Source of the DNA: Camelus ferus | Lineage: Eukaryota | Direction of reading: 5' to 3' | DNA length: 64,000 nt | Assembly: GCF_009834535.1 (NCBI RefSeq) | Contig: NC_045697.1 | Coordinates: 7,318,001 to 7,382,000, forward strand | In this document: positions 1 through 12,792 of the stretch, piece by piece | Numbering within the stretch: position 1 is the stretch's first letter | Layout: every line of letters starts with the position of its first letter | Notes under the pieces: generated by a model | Database searches by the model: none | What the model saw: only the letters and a program-made list of their open reading frames with translations | What the model was told of the DNA's origin: nothing | Position numbers and translations under genes: made by a program

Positions 1-429
1 AAATTCAAGTTCTGGGAGAATGGTAACTCCAAACCATTACTGACAAGCAGATACCACAGTGAAGCTGGTTTAGGATAAAATGTTATTTTAGAAAATGACA
101 TTGAGGCTGGAGAAATACAAGGTCCTGGGTAGCCATATGTTTCTATTCTGGAGGATGGGGTTAGTAATAGCAGCATAAATGGGGATGTGGTCAGGAAGGG
201 GGGCGGGTGGCGTTTTGTGTAGAAAGAAGTATGGTTGATACCAAGTAGATATCCAAAGGCAAAAAGAATGATTTTGAGGGCAGCATCTCTGGTATTCAAA
301 CATTGATTTACTATTTAATGTTCACACAAGTAATTACGGTAGTAATTATGGTATGTCATTTTCTTGACACTTTATTATAAACCAGGCACATTTTCTTTCT
401 AGTTTGTGTGGTCCTCTCTCTGCCCATAT

Positions 430-530
430 CACAGCTCCATTTTTCAGATGAGTAAACTGAGGCTCAGGGAAGTTCAGCAATTTTCCGAAGTCACACAGAC
501 AGTGTCAGCAGAACTAGGATTCAGCAAATA
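430..530 (-). mobile_element. MIR SINE fragment
   Basis: CCATTTTTCAGATGAGTAAACTGAGGCTCAGGGAAGTT...CCGAAGTCACACAG...GAACTAGGATTC matches the reverse MIR core. Confidence 0.8.
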
Positions 531-1299
531 TGTTTAGAATTCTTTCTACATGTCACTCTCCATAACACCGTTGGGGATATGCAGATAAATAAGAAAAGAT
601 CTTTGGTTTTGAGGACGTGAGCCCAGTGGGAAGGCTGCTGCGAAGCAGACATTCCTGCTAGAGACTGAGAGGGTCCTTTCACCAAACGATGGAGGCTGCT
701 GGTTCATGATGGGAGGAGATTTCAGGCAGGTTCTCCTCCGGGGCTCCTGCTTGAGATTAAGCTTGCAGAGTGGGTAGACCCTTGTCAAGGAAGGAAGAAT
801 TAGGGTAATGGGGAGTCGGCACAGGGAAGAAGTGAGACCTCCTCAAGATAGGCAAAGACCCAGTGGCCAGAAACAAGGCTCCTTTGTGGAACTACAAATT
901 TAATGCCCAAAAGGTGAGCCACTAGTTTCCAGTGGGGGCTTGGAGATACTTCCCCCTGCTCAGGTGACTCTAGAATAAACAGCCTTCTGGAGCAAAGGAG
1001 ACACAAACAGCGTGGTTAAATAGAAGGGACCAGGGCCCTAGGGTCAGACATCTTGATTGTGAATCACCCACGGGTTCTGTCTCCCTTTGTTCTTTAAATA
1101 TGTGGGAACTGGGTACCACACAGAGGGTGGCAGAAGGAGAAAGGCATTCTTGTCTGAGAGATTGCCTGGCCCCCTCCTTTCTGGGCATTTTCTGCCCTTT
1201 AGAAATTTTTCCTCCTCCTCTGCTCTCTCTCTCTCACTTCCACCCTCTTTCTGGCTACCTTTTCCCCATTATTGAATCTCTCCGGGTATCTGTGTTGGT

Positions 1300-1490
1300 C
1301 CATTCTGCTCTCCTATCGGGGTTTAAGCACTGGATCTGCCACTTCCTGACTGTGTGACCCTGAGAAGTCACTTAACTTCTCTGGGCCTCAGTTTCCTCCC
1401 ATGGACAAGGGGAAGTCTCCCTCGCAGAGTGTGGGGGGTCACATCTGAGCTGTGAAAGCTTGCTGCAAACTGTAACAGAACATGCAAATA
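1300..1490 (+). mobile_element. MIR SINE fragment
   Basis: TCTGCCACTTCCTGACTGTGTGACCCTGAGAAGTCACTTAACTTCTCTGGGCCTCAGTTTCCTC is a typical MIR core. Confidence 0.8.
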
Positions 1491-4334
1491 CCTTTTGTAA
1501 TCAATATCACAATCCTAAATTTATAGTTAAAGATAATGATATATCTTAGAGTTTCTACGTGGTGTGGCTTCCTGTGTGCAACTGTGAAAAAAATACAGTT
1601 ATTTGCATTTAAATACAAGTTTAAAATCCCTCCCGTCCAAAAGCGGTAATAACTATCCCAAATGAATTATACATTTTCTAATTTTAAAAGGCCGTTTTAT
1701 GGAAATGAGGTTATTTGTGCCGCATGGTATGTTCTTGTTGTATCAATGCAAATGCCAAGGGGTGAGATTTATCCATACGACACCACCAATGGCAGGAAAA
1801 TCTAGAGGCCGGGTTTGGACCACATATTAAACACTCTATAAATGTATTACCTGCAAAGTCCCTCCGAGAAAGGAGGAGAAATAACCATTGTGGGCATTTC
1901 ATCTTTTTTCTGCTGAGCTTGGTGACAACAATTTGCTCTGGTTAATCAGCGTGCAGTGCGTGGTAAATCTGGAAGAAATGTGATCCCATTTTCAAAGATT
2001 CAATGAGAGCTGATTTGTATGTACGGTCTGCTATAACTTTGTGAATGTGAGTCTTGCGCTGTGTTTATAGTCACTGTTCCCCAAATCTGAGTGTGTAAAT
2101 CCAATTTACGTGTTCAGTGACATCCATTTGAAGAGGACTCTTTAATAAAAGTTGCTGTGTTCATTTTTGGAGGCAGTGACAGCGACTATCTCTTGCAGTC
2201 ATGGCAGGCGGGAATGGCTGTCCTTACCCGGGGTGGGGGTGGGGGGGTCCTGTGACTTTCACGCTGGTAAGAAAGTGCCCACAAAGCCAGCAGTTGCTCG
2301 TTGGCCTCAGTCGCACACTTTGCATCTGTGAGTTGCGGGGAAGAGTCGAGGGCCAGCAGGGCTGTAGTAGAATGGTTTCCTGAAAACGTTCTCATTATTC
2401 ACTGATGAATAATGCCCTTTCAGATGTAGAATAATCCCCAGGGAAGAAAAAAAAAACCTACAGAAAAATACAAAATGCTAATGGTGCTTTTCCCATGAAG
2501 TGTATTTAAGTGCACTTTAAAAAAAAGAAATAAAAAGGGAGAAAAACAAAAACAACTTCCTCTGGGAACCAACTTATAATATATCTTGTGTGACATTTGG
2601 AAGTTGCTTCAACTCCAGGGGTTTTGCATTTTTTAATAGTAAAATGAGGAGGTTGTACGAGCGGTATTCAAAGCAGAGCAGTGGAACCCTGTTCTTTGGG
2701 GACAAGATGTGGGACCCCAGTGAAGAGAACTAGTCTTTTACTAGTAAGATTTGCTTCATAAAATTGACAATGTTTGCTTATTTTAATGTCAATCAATAGA
2801 AGCAAAGAGGTCATTCTACTAAATTCAACAGCTAGAAATGTGCACCCCTTTGGACAAATTTTGATGAAAAAACGAAACAGGGTAACATGGCCCATGAATG
2901 AGGTCAAAATTTTATTTAGTTCTCAGTCCAAATATAAATCTTTGGACGTGCACACTCAAGTAACTTTAAAAAAACAGAAGAGTCACCCGGATTTGTGGAG
3001 CAGATAGCTACAGCGATGCTGTGGAGTGCTTCTGGAACTCGGAGATGGTCACAGTAGAGCAGAACTTCATCTGGAAGAGACACGTTGGACCGTGCCCAGG
3101 TGTATTTACTGCCCAGGAGAGGGAGGTCCTTCCTGCACAGGCGTAAGGAGTGAGCGAAGAGGATGAGAGGCTATCACGGTGACCTGGAGAAGGCAGACCT
3201 TGTTGGTCTCCTTTCAGACATAGAAAAACCCATGTTCACAAGGCGGTAACCTCCCCACTCAGCAAGTAAAACTTGGAGAACATCAAACCCTTGCACTTCC
3301 TCCCTCGATGCAAGCAGCTGGTGTGGGGGTGGTGAGTATAGGCACCGTGTTGCCCTTCCTGATACCCCTGGATCAGTGGAGTCGTCGTGATTTTTCCTGG
3401 TTTTTCACTTACTCTCCAAATCAAAGCAACTGAGAGTGAAAATGAACACTATTGTTAATATATCCAGGCAAGGGCAACCAGCAGAACACTGTTTGTTTGT
3501 CTGTTTGTTTTTTAGCAAACCAGGATGCTGCCGCTTTAACTGATGTTTTTCGTAATCTCAAGGCTCTGTGCTCCCTCCAGTGACACCCTACGATGGCACT
3601 CTTCATGGCCCCACATCCCCACCTACTGCAAGTTCTTCAAGGATCACGTTTCCCTGGTCACTCAGTAACTAATCGCTTACTAGGGGTTTACTAGATGCTC
3701 AGCAAATCGTTACTGGTCTGAGCAGAATTTTTTCTTCCCCCAAAATAACACTGTCTTCTACCACTACTTAACTGTGTGCCTTGTACGTACAAATGAAAAC
3801 TGCAGTGTGTGTGCAGAGAAACGCAGGCTCGTCTTCCAGTTCCTAAAGTTGATGATTTGGCTACAGCCTTTCTTCCTCTTCCCACTCCCCTCCTCTTTCT
3901 CTTCTTCTCTTACTTTATCTCTTCCCCTTCTTTATATCCCTATTTTTATTCTAAAATTTTGACAATTGAGTCAGGTGATGAATGATTGCAACTGGGTAAA
4001 TATGACAATGATCTGGAAATCCACAATATGCTTATCTAGAATAATTGTAATTTGGAACAATGTGACCAAGTAATAATTTTTCAATGCTCACACACATTTC
4101 ATTCCATAGCCCTTTCCTTCTGGATCTTATGTATGACTTTGGTTACCAGTTTTATAATATTAAGGCACCCACTCGGGCATTATATTCCTGGGAGAGACCT
4201 ATGTCTTGAATTGGTCATAAATCAAATGACTTAACTCTCATGCTAGGACTGCTGTCTGGGGACCAAGCACACATAAAAGCACATTGCATCAACCTTGCCT
4301 TACCTGGTCTCTTTTCTGAAACGTTATGACCGTT

Positions 4335-4480
4335 GTATTGTTCAGAGTTCTTAGTTGCAGAAAACAGAATTCACTCCAGTTTGCTTAAACAGCAAGATTG
4401 TCTTTAAAGGGACACGGATAGCTTACTGAATTATTCTGAGGACTGAAGAAACTGACTCTAGACTGGGCTTCCAAGAGCTA
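4335..4480 (-). mobile_element. Old LTR fragment (MLT1/LTR78-like), possibly extending further right
   Basis: TGTATTGTTCAGAGTTCTTAGTTGCAGAAAACAGAATTCACTCCAGTTTGCTTAAACAG resembles the reverse 3' end of ancient eutherian LTRs. Confidence 0.45.
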
Positions 4481-4895
4481 ATTATAAAAATATCAAAACT
4501 CTCTACTTCTCATGTGCTCTGTGATACTTGTTTTACCCTCCAGCTCTTTACATATTGCAGCACTTCGGCTGAGGATGCTGCCCTATTTGTCTGTATTTTC
4601 TTTTCTATCAGCCATCCTTCTTCTCTCCTTTACTTTAACCCTGGGCCTAGTTCACCTCCCTGATTTTGTGTGATCTGGTCCTCCCTGTCTCTGTTTCTCT
4701 CAGTCTCTCTCTATCTATGTCTCTGCCTCATCTCTATTTCTGTCTCTTTCTTTGGTATCCAACTCCATTTTATAACACCAGGTAGCTTTAAAAGAGGAAA
4801 CCGAATCACCATAAAATGCCCCAGAGAAACCTAATCATAGCTTTAGCCTCACATCTAACATTGGGACATCTGCCTAGAACATTACTCCATCAGGC

Positions 4896-5013
4896 ACGCA
4901 CATTCTTGACCCTGGCTTCTTTGGCGATGCCGACTCTCACCCATCGACCTGTCTACGCACATTCTTGACCCTGGCTTCTTTGGCGATGCCGACTCTCACC
5001 CATCGACCTGTCT
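4896..5013. repeat. Perfect 2 x 59-bp tandem duplication
   Basis: ACGCACATTCTTGACCCTGGCTTCTTTGGCGATGCCGACTCTCACCCATCGACCTGTCT occurs at 4896-4954 and again at 4955-5013 with no mismatch. Confidence 0.97.
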
Positions 5014-5519
5014 TTCCCAAACTGCTACAGTAGCCAAATGAAAGGCAGCTAGGTATCCAGGGCGTTCTGGTTTACCTTTGCCACCAATTAACTTCCTCAA
5101 TTCACCTTTGCCAGCCCAGCAATTTCAGGCTAAAATCAGGCTCCTGGAATTCTCTGATTCATGATGAATTTTAATTCATAACAGGCCCCTCATTCTTTTG
5201 GCTTCCGATCTCAGGTCATTAGTTACTGTTTAAAACAGTAGGCTTGACACTTGGCACTGCTTCTCCAGCTCTAACCTTTGACTCCCTTCTTGATCAAAAT
5301 TTATTTTTCACCCTTGATACTGCTTCTTTAGACCCTTACAGCTTGCTGCAGATTGCCGGCTTGGCTGCTTGGTCAGGCCAGTCTGTTCACTACGCCTTAA
5401 CTGATGTATTCCTGTAACGCATCTGGAAACTCAGATATCCTCCGGATAGATTCAACCCAGTGAACCCTCGCCTATACAAGAAGCATTAACAATGCCTCTT
5501 CCAAGCATGGGTAACTTAC

Positions 5520-5790
5520 ATGAGCTTTAAGACATCACTCAGGTGGCATCTTCTCCACGGGCCAATCCTATTTAAAATTGCAAACCTCTCCCCCAGCACT
5601 CCTGATTGCCTTTACCCTGGTCTACATTTTCTTTTTCCCCTAGTACATATTGCCTTCTAATACCGGATATGATTTTAAGTATTTATTATGTCAATCTTGC
5701 TGGAATACAATGCCATGAGGTCAAAGTTCACTCGTATTCCAAGAATATAGAATAATGCCTGGCACATAACAGGCAGACAACATATACTAG
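5520..5790 (+). mobile_element. L2 LINE 3' fragment
   Basis: CCTATTTAAAATTGCAAACC...GAATACAATGCCATGAGG...AGAATAATGCCTGGCACATAACAGGCAG is an L2 3'-end signature (orientation as conventionally written). Confidence 0.7.
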
Positions 5791-8429
5791 TTCTAGGACT
5801 GAATGGCACATCTAGAGTTCTGGTCCATGTCTTTCTCTCTGAGCTAAGTGGTGGCTTCTGTTTCTTCTTTGAAGTTTGTGAGTCTCCTTGTAGAAACCGA
5901 TGCTCAAGCAGATGACTAAAAGGCAAGTGATAAAAGTTTATGCCCAGCTTCTCTGCTATGCTGAGTAAAATAATGAATGCCTGCAATTCTCAAAGCCTAT
6001 TGGAAGGAGCTTAAATTAAATAGCAGAGGATTAATCAGACATGACTTGTGTACACTTGCCTATAAGTGAGCAAGAAAATTCTGCTCTGTACAAACTCTGT
6101 CTTTTCCACCCTGAGATTTGACCAGCCATGAAATAGTTTCGATTAAGAAATTTCAGGTTCACATTCATATAATTCTGTCATACATGATTACTTTTCTTCA
6201 CTCCCTTCTTTCAAGTCCACCCTTCATTTTATTTAGTTAGAATGATTTCTTTAAACAATTTAGGAGATGATAATCAAAGTAAAGGACTCAAAATGTTCCC
6301 AAGAAGATTAGCAAGACTTTGTAAGAAACTAGGAGCATGTGTACTTATCTGCTGACAGTCTCCTCTGTCCTATGGTGGCATAGTAGGAAGACTACCTTTT
6401 ATTCATTCATTGGTTGGACAAAGTAATTAAATTGTGTGGGACACAGGCTCCTGATCTACAAAATGGGGGCAATAATAGCCCATAAAGTTACCGAGTGGGA
6501 TGAATCAGGATGCATATGTGAAACTTCCGGCATACCGTCTGGTACGTAATGTATAGTTAAAAAACAAAACGCCCGTGAACACTGCTTCTGGATTTGAGCG
6601 TCAAATTCTTGTCATTCAATTTAGCCCTCATTGTGTGTCTTGTGAATCTGATCTGTGTGTTTGCTCTACCCACGATGTCTCTCTCCGTGTTCTAGTAAAT
6701 CATATTCACATTAATCATCTTAATCCCCACCCCGATCCTCACCATTCTTCCTCTTGTATCTTTCTGTCAACTCAAAATCTTCCAGTTTATGTATTTATTT
6801 GTTTATTTTAATCTTTGTAGAGAGACCCTGGAGAGCTGTGTTCATGGGAAAAAAAAAAAAAAAAAAAGTCCTGCTGACACCCATCCAAGCTTAGCAGGAT
6901 GAAGCGCTGTGATCCTCTGGTAATGCTTGTCGCCAGCCTGGCATAGGTAGCGGTGGAACATGTGCAGGACTTCCGCCAACCTAGACGAAGATGAGATCGA
7001 TGTAAAGGCAACGGGGGAGAGACATCACGAAGAGAGCTCTTAATTGAGGAGAACTTAAGAACAATCATGAAAAGTCAAGAAAGCATATTGCATTCAAAGT
7101 GATGGGAAGCCAATTTGCTTATGGTGAAGCTCTGGGCTGGGGAGAAATTGATTATACATTAGGAGGAGTGGGGAAGGGGCAGATTTATGGGGCCTGTGAA
7201 TATTAGATAAAGAGGATGATATTAGCTGAAAATAGAAAGCTCCATTTTTAAATCACTCTGTGAACAGAATAGGAAGATGGAGAAGAGCTCATCTTTTACT
7301 TAAGACAGTCTGTAAAAGCTAAGAGGGGAGGAACGGGCATTGACAAAATTAATGAGTTCTTTCCCCACCAGTCCCTCAGCTCTTTGACTCAGACAAAGAA
7401 CCTCCCAGGTCCCAGGGTACTGAGACCTGAGGAATAAGGAGAGTCTCTGACCTTGTCAAAATGCGTTTCTGTCTGTATCAGGGCACGGCTATTTATCTTG
7501 TGAGATAATCTCTGTCCAGGGTACGAACGTTTCTTTCTTTGTGAATGTTGGTGACTACATCCTTTCACAGACAACTCCCCAAAGATGTCATTCTCTGAAC
7601 TGAGAAAGAATTGTTTTCACACACGGGACTGTAAGTTCTGAGCCTGTCCAGGAGAATTTAAATAAATCCTCTTGACAGAATCTCAGAATCCTCTGTCAAT
7701 TAAAATGACAACCTATTTTCTTAAATCCACGGGCCTGTAAACAGAGACTAGTTCATTTTTATCCAATACAAGATTAGCTATCCTTTCCTGGTGTAAAAGT
7801 TACTTAGATTTTAGAATGCAACAGTAATTGTTCTTTGTAGATTCAGACACCAGCTCGTTTTCAGTTTTTACCAGCATACCACAGACATTTATTAAGACAT
7901 TAGCATGCAAGCTTCACCACACATTGTTTTTATGTTTAAAATTTAAAAAAAGAGCCAATTCCTGTGATGTTGGACCTTGTATTTCTATTTTACAGACTAA
8001 GACCAAACCTTGGAGTTGTTTAATTTTTCTCTCCAGAAATAAATATAAAATCAATGTTACTTAATTTTAATCTTATTTTCTTACTGTATATAGTTTAGAA
8101 TGAATATCTCTCCTTCCTGCTCTCAGAACGTATTTGAAGATTGGCTTTTCTACTGTCCTTAGCTGACACTGTACTTGACGTCTGGAATATTCTTCCCGTC
8201 TGTGTCTTTCTAAGTCTTACTCATACCCCAAAAGGACCTGGATCGACAACTTACAGAAACTGCCTCAATTTACACAGGAGAGCACTATCTCCTTCAACTC
8301 AAGAGTCTTCAAGACTCCCTGGAAACCTGTCATTTCCTAATGTTCATATTGCAGTAATTTGGATACATACATAGTTGTTACCCAAGCAGATTATAAGCAA
8401 CCCCCAAACAGGGACCAGGCAACACCTAC

Positions 8430-8927
8430 TGTTATAGGTTGAATTGTAGTCTGTCTCCCAAATTCTTATATTGATGTCTTAACTCCATCCAGGTTTCACT
8501 ATCCAGGGCAGCAGAATTCAACCTTATTTAGAAATAGGGTCATTGAAGATGTAATTAGCTAAGTTAAGTTGAGGTCACGCTGGAGTAGGGCGAGCCCCTC
8601 ATTCAACAAATAGGTGTCCTTATAAAAAGGGGAAATTTGGAAACAAACATGCACACAAGAAGAATATTATTTGAACACAAAGAGGACATCACGATGATGA
8701 GTTTACAAGCTAAGCAACACCAAAAATTGTCAGCAAACCACCCAAAACCAGGACAGAGGGCTGGACCAGTTTCTCCCTCACGGGGCTCAAAAGGAACCAA
8801 CCCTACCAGCAGCCTGATCTTGGACTTCTAGCCTCTGGAAGTGAAAGACAATACATTTCTTTCTTTTTTTTTTTTAAGCCACTTGGTTTGTGGTACTTTG
8901 TGACTGCAGCTCTAGCAGACTGATTCA
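8430..8927 (+). mobile_element. MLT1C-like MaLR solo LTR with 5-bp TSD
   Basis: Starts TG (8430) and ends CA (8927), flanked by perfect CCTAC direct repeats (8425-8429, 8928-8932). Internal MLT1 motifs include CCTTATTTAGAAATAGGGTCATTG, GGAACCAACCCT and TCTTGGACTTCTAGCCTC. Confidence 0.9.
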
Positions 8928-9421
8928 CCTACCACCGAGATCTTGCCAATTATGATTTGGTATGATACTGAGATTCAGAAAAACTGAATATTTTAACAAC
9001 ATTTGTGACACCAGTCAGCTTTGTGTCACCTTCTCTCTCTGAACCGTAACATTATCACCTTAATGTTGAATCAGTAACAATGCCGACTTTGTTTTCTTTG
9101 CTTCTTATGGGCATTGGGTGACATCATACACGTAAAGACATTTTCTAAGCTGCAAAACAAAAGAAAAATGCTAGCTGGAACTATTCTTGTAGACAAACAA
9201 TGTATCTCTGTTGATGGGCTGAATAACGGGAAATTAAATGTGCCTGGTGTGGAAATATCTTTAGACACCATCATTAATGATGACAGTGATTAAAAAAAGA
9301 CACTAAAAAAAGACACTGATCATGAGAACTTTCACCTCGTGAAGGCTGTTTTATACGAACGTGTGCAAGTACTGTGTCTGAAAGGGCTTGGGGCCTTCCT
9401 CATCTAGATCGTGTGCTCCAA

Positions 9422-9590
9422 ACACTGATACTCCAAGTACGGGTTTCTGATCAAGCACCATCTGTGTCACTACGGCACTTGCTAGAAATGCAGAGTCCCA
9501 GGCCCCAACCCCAACTTGCTGAACCAGAGTCTGTATCTAACAAGAGCTCCAGGTGGTCTGTGTGAACGTTACATTTTGAGGACTGCTCTA
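9422..9590. mobile_element. MER5-type hAT-Charlie MITE
   Basis: CTTGCTAGAAATGCAGAGTCCCAGGCCCCAACCC...GAACCAGAGTCTG...TAACAAGAGCTCCAGGTG matches MER5A/B. Confidence 0.8.
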
Positions 9591-9689
9591 AAATGCATCT
9601 CCTGCGTGACTCATAATCCTAGCACGTAAAGAAATGCAGCAGTTAGTAAACTTTTTTTTCAACCATAGCATACATTATTGGAAAAAGGC

Positions 9690-9900
9690 CAAGCTTTATC
9701 ATTTAATAGATCTGATTTTTAATCTCATATCCATCATGTAGTTACTTAACATGGCATGACCTGAAACAAGTTGATTAATTTTGTGTTGCCTCAGTCTCCC
9801 AGCCTGCAAAAGGGGAATAATTGTGCTTAACTTGCGCGGTTGTAGATGATGACTAGAGATAATGTATGTAAACCATTAGGCCTGTATCAGGTACTCAAAA
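9690..9900 (+). mobile_element. MIR SINE
   Basis: TGACCTGAAACAAGTTG...GCCTCAGTCTCCC...GAGATAATGTATGTAAA is a MIR-like core and 3' end. Confidence 0.65.
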
Positions 9901-11034
9901 AATCCCTGGTGTTCTGCACTGCTAACAAGGGCCCATTCTGGCATTTCATTTCCGATGGGTTAATCACTGTAGAGAAAGAAGGCTGATTTTCCAGGAGGGT
10001 GTCAGGGATCTCAAAGGGAGCCAAGGGCTCTCACTGGTAATTTCCCTCCTGGAGGAGGTACTTTAAGACTGGAAGAGCCAGAGGGATGTGCTGCTCGCCA
10101 TGACTGTACCAACATCCCCAAGAGGAAGTCTCTACGTTGTTCTGCACCACCACCAGCCTTCCTCTGGAGAGATAGCATATGCTGCACCGACACCTCCTCT
10201 GTCTCAGATGTCATGGCACCACCAGCAAAAGGCAACGCCTTGCAGAGAGCGCTCCCTGGGAAACACCTCTTCGAGATGCAGGCAGTTCAGGCGTCATTGA
10301 GCAGAAGCGTTTCATTCCTGCAGAGACTGTTGTCACTGGATTTTATTATTCTGATCTTTTGAGCATCTTTTCAATGACAACAAAAGTCAATGCATTCTTC
10401 TGGGGGAAGCCATCAGAGCATCGGTAATGAGCTGTGCAAGGAGCCTGTGTCATCGGCGTAAACTCTGGGGAAAGAGATGCACTTTGTTCCCGGAGCTCAC
10501 ATGGTGTGACCTGCTCACTGTGCAAAGTGTTAATATTTTGCCTCGTGCTTGTCTCCCGGTGCCACTGCCAGCACTAAGGAAGCTTTGGGGGAGTTTGCTG
10601 TACATTCTGTGAAGACTGCATGGAGCCGAGCCAGATGTCAGCGTGTGAACCAGAGCCCTTCTGCAGATTTCGTGACTGTTCACTTTATTCTCTAGCAACT
10701 CCATAGAAACTAAAATATGTGTGTTTGGAGGGAAGGATGTGTGCTTTCTTGTCTTCAGTCAGATGACAGCGTCACATGGTGTGTGGAGGGTGATGGCAGT
10801 CATTGACGACTTTCTCTCTTGAACTGCAGCGAAACACTCCCATCAGGTCAATTACCTCCTTAAAGTCCACTAGCTTCCCCCACCTTCCAGATGGAAGTCG
10901 TTCCAATTTTCCCAATGAATCTGGAAGCATCAGTCTGTTCTATTCTACTGTTTTCAAAATTTGGCAATTCTTTTTTTTTTCTTTTATTTCTTTTTTGTTT
11001 TTCCATGTTTCACTGAAAGAAAGGTAATGTCTAG

Positions 11035-11330
11035 ATTTACTATCATATAAATGTATTTACATAAACATATATTTATATATTAAAGATGGATAAATTTGTT
11101 TACTTAATATTTATTTAGTATCTACATACTATAATTATATATGCATTCTGTAATGTATAAATATTACATACAATGTTTATAATTTATAATACAGATATAA
11201 GTATATATCATTATATATTTTCTCCAATAGATAAATAAATAACAAACGATTATAAAATTATTTTACATATCATATATAAGATATCTATATAAATGTATTA
11301 TTTAGTTAGATATTATGGAGTAAAATATAA
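11035..11330. repeat. AT-rich low-complexity / degenerate (TA)n region
   Basis: Near-continuous A/T with TATA-type repeats. Confidence 0.8.
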
Positions 11331-12069
11331 AGCAACTGACCTGTTATATGGCAAATTCTTCGTTCTCTCCTTTTCTTTATACTCCAGCCTTCATAGGGAT
11401 GTTTAAACAGATTCCTCACATGGCACACATATCATTCTCATCGTATTTGGATAAATGGGCAAATATGGAGCAAGTAACTAGAGTTAAGGGGAGGCAGACC
11501 AGATCTGCAGAGAGCGCTGAGACCAAATAGTGGGTAAGTCTTCCAAAGAGACAGAGAGCTGGTCCATGAGCAGGACGAGAGGAGAAAAGTCGCATGAACT
11601 GTTTGACTGTTAGGGAGTCTCATCCAGCAACACAGCAGAATATGCAAAGTCTGTCACCACTGGGAACAGGTGGTCGTCCCTCTCACTGTGCCGCAGGTAA
11701 TGGGAGGAAGCTATTACAATAAGGAGCATCGTTTTAAGAATGATGAACTATGAAGTTGGAAAGTTCCTGGCAGTTTAAAACCAACCTCAGATCCATAAGG
11801 AAGTGCACTGATGTCGCCAGGTTACTTGAAAGTGCATCCCAGAACAGGATGGACTGGTGAATCCAGTGATGAGCAGGTGGGCAGATATGCAACGAAGCAA
11901 GTGTAGAAACCTGCCAACCATCGACGTTCACTCTACAGGTCTGTGGGCCTTTACTGTAAGGTTCCTGCAGCTTTGCTGTGTATTTGAAAATTTGGTACTA
12001 AAAGTTGGGATCAAGGGACTTGTCAGACTTGATTTTACGCAACGAACTCTGCCATCTTGAGAGCTCATT

Positions 12070-12310
12070 TATCTTATTTCCTTCTTGAGGAAACTGAGGC
12101 TCCCACAAGGGATGTGCATAGTAGTAGGTGTGGCAGACCTATTGGGACATGGTGGTGAGGGGCAAGGGTTGACTTTCTGACTCAGTTTGGTTCTCAGCGT
12201 TACGATCTTCAACAGTGCCAGCCTCAGTGCCCTTAGCCTCAGTTTTCTTATCAAAGGGTCGAATGACACCTATCTCATAAGGTTGTTGTGAACATTACAC
12301 AAGATAATCT
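12070..12310. mobile_element. Two MIR fragments in opposite orientation; the second is interrupted by a young L1
   Basis: GAGGAAACTGAGGCTC (minus MIR, ~12088) and GCCTCAGTTTTCTTATC...ACCTATCTCATAAGGTTGTTGTG (plus MIR). The plus MIR resumes after the L1 at ~12804 (AGTAAA). Confidence 0.7.
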
Positions 12311-12311
12311 G

Positions 12312-12792
12312 TGGTATATTTATACAATGGAATACTACTCTGCCATAAAAACCAACAACATAACGCCATTTGCAGCAGCATGGATGCTCCTGGAGAATGT
12401 CATTCTAAGTGAAGTAAGCCAGAAAGAGAAAGAAAAATACCATATGAAATGGCTCATATGTGGAATCTAAAAATAAAATAAAATAAAATAACAAACAAAG
12501 CATAAATAGAAAACAGAAATAGACTCATAGACATAGAATACAAACTTGTGGTTGGCAAGGGGGTGGAGGGTGGGAAGGGATAGACTGGGGTTTCAAAATT
12601 GTAGAATAGATGAACAAGATTATACTGTGTAGCACAGGGAAATATACACAAGATCTTATGGTAGCTCACAGAGAAAAAAATATGACAACTGAATATATAT
12701 ATGTTCATGTATAACTGAAAAATTGTGCTGAACACTGGAATTTGACACAACATTGTAAAATGATTATAAATCAATAAAAAATGTTAAAAAAA
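12312..12792 (+). mobile_element. Young 5'-truncated LINE-1 (end of ORF2 + 3'UTR + A tail) with 11-bp TSD
   Basis: Translates WYIYTMEYYSAIK...PFAAAWMLLENVILSEVSQKEKEKYHM (L1 ORF2 C-terminal region), followed by a G-rich 3'UTR, AATAAA and an A tail. AAGATAATCTG is repeated at 12301-12311 and 12793-12803. Confidence 0.95.

Noticed and set aside
3163..3249. ATG ORF starting MRGYHGD, like the DLGAP3 N-terminus
   Set aside because: Similarity ends after 7 residues and the ORF stops after 28 codons; coincidence.
4896..5013. CRISPR-like direct repeats
   Set aside because: Two abutting copies with no spacer, in a mammalian genome; a simple tandem duplication.
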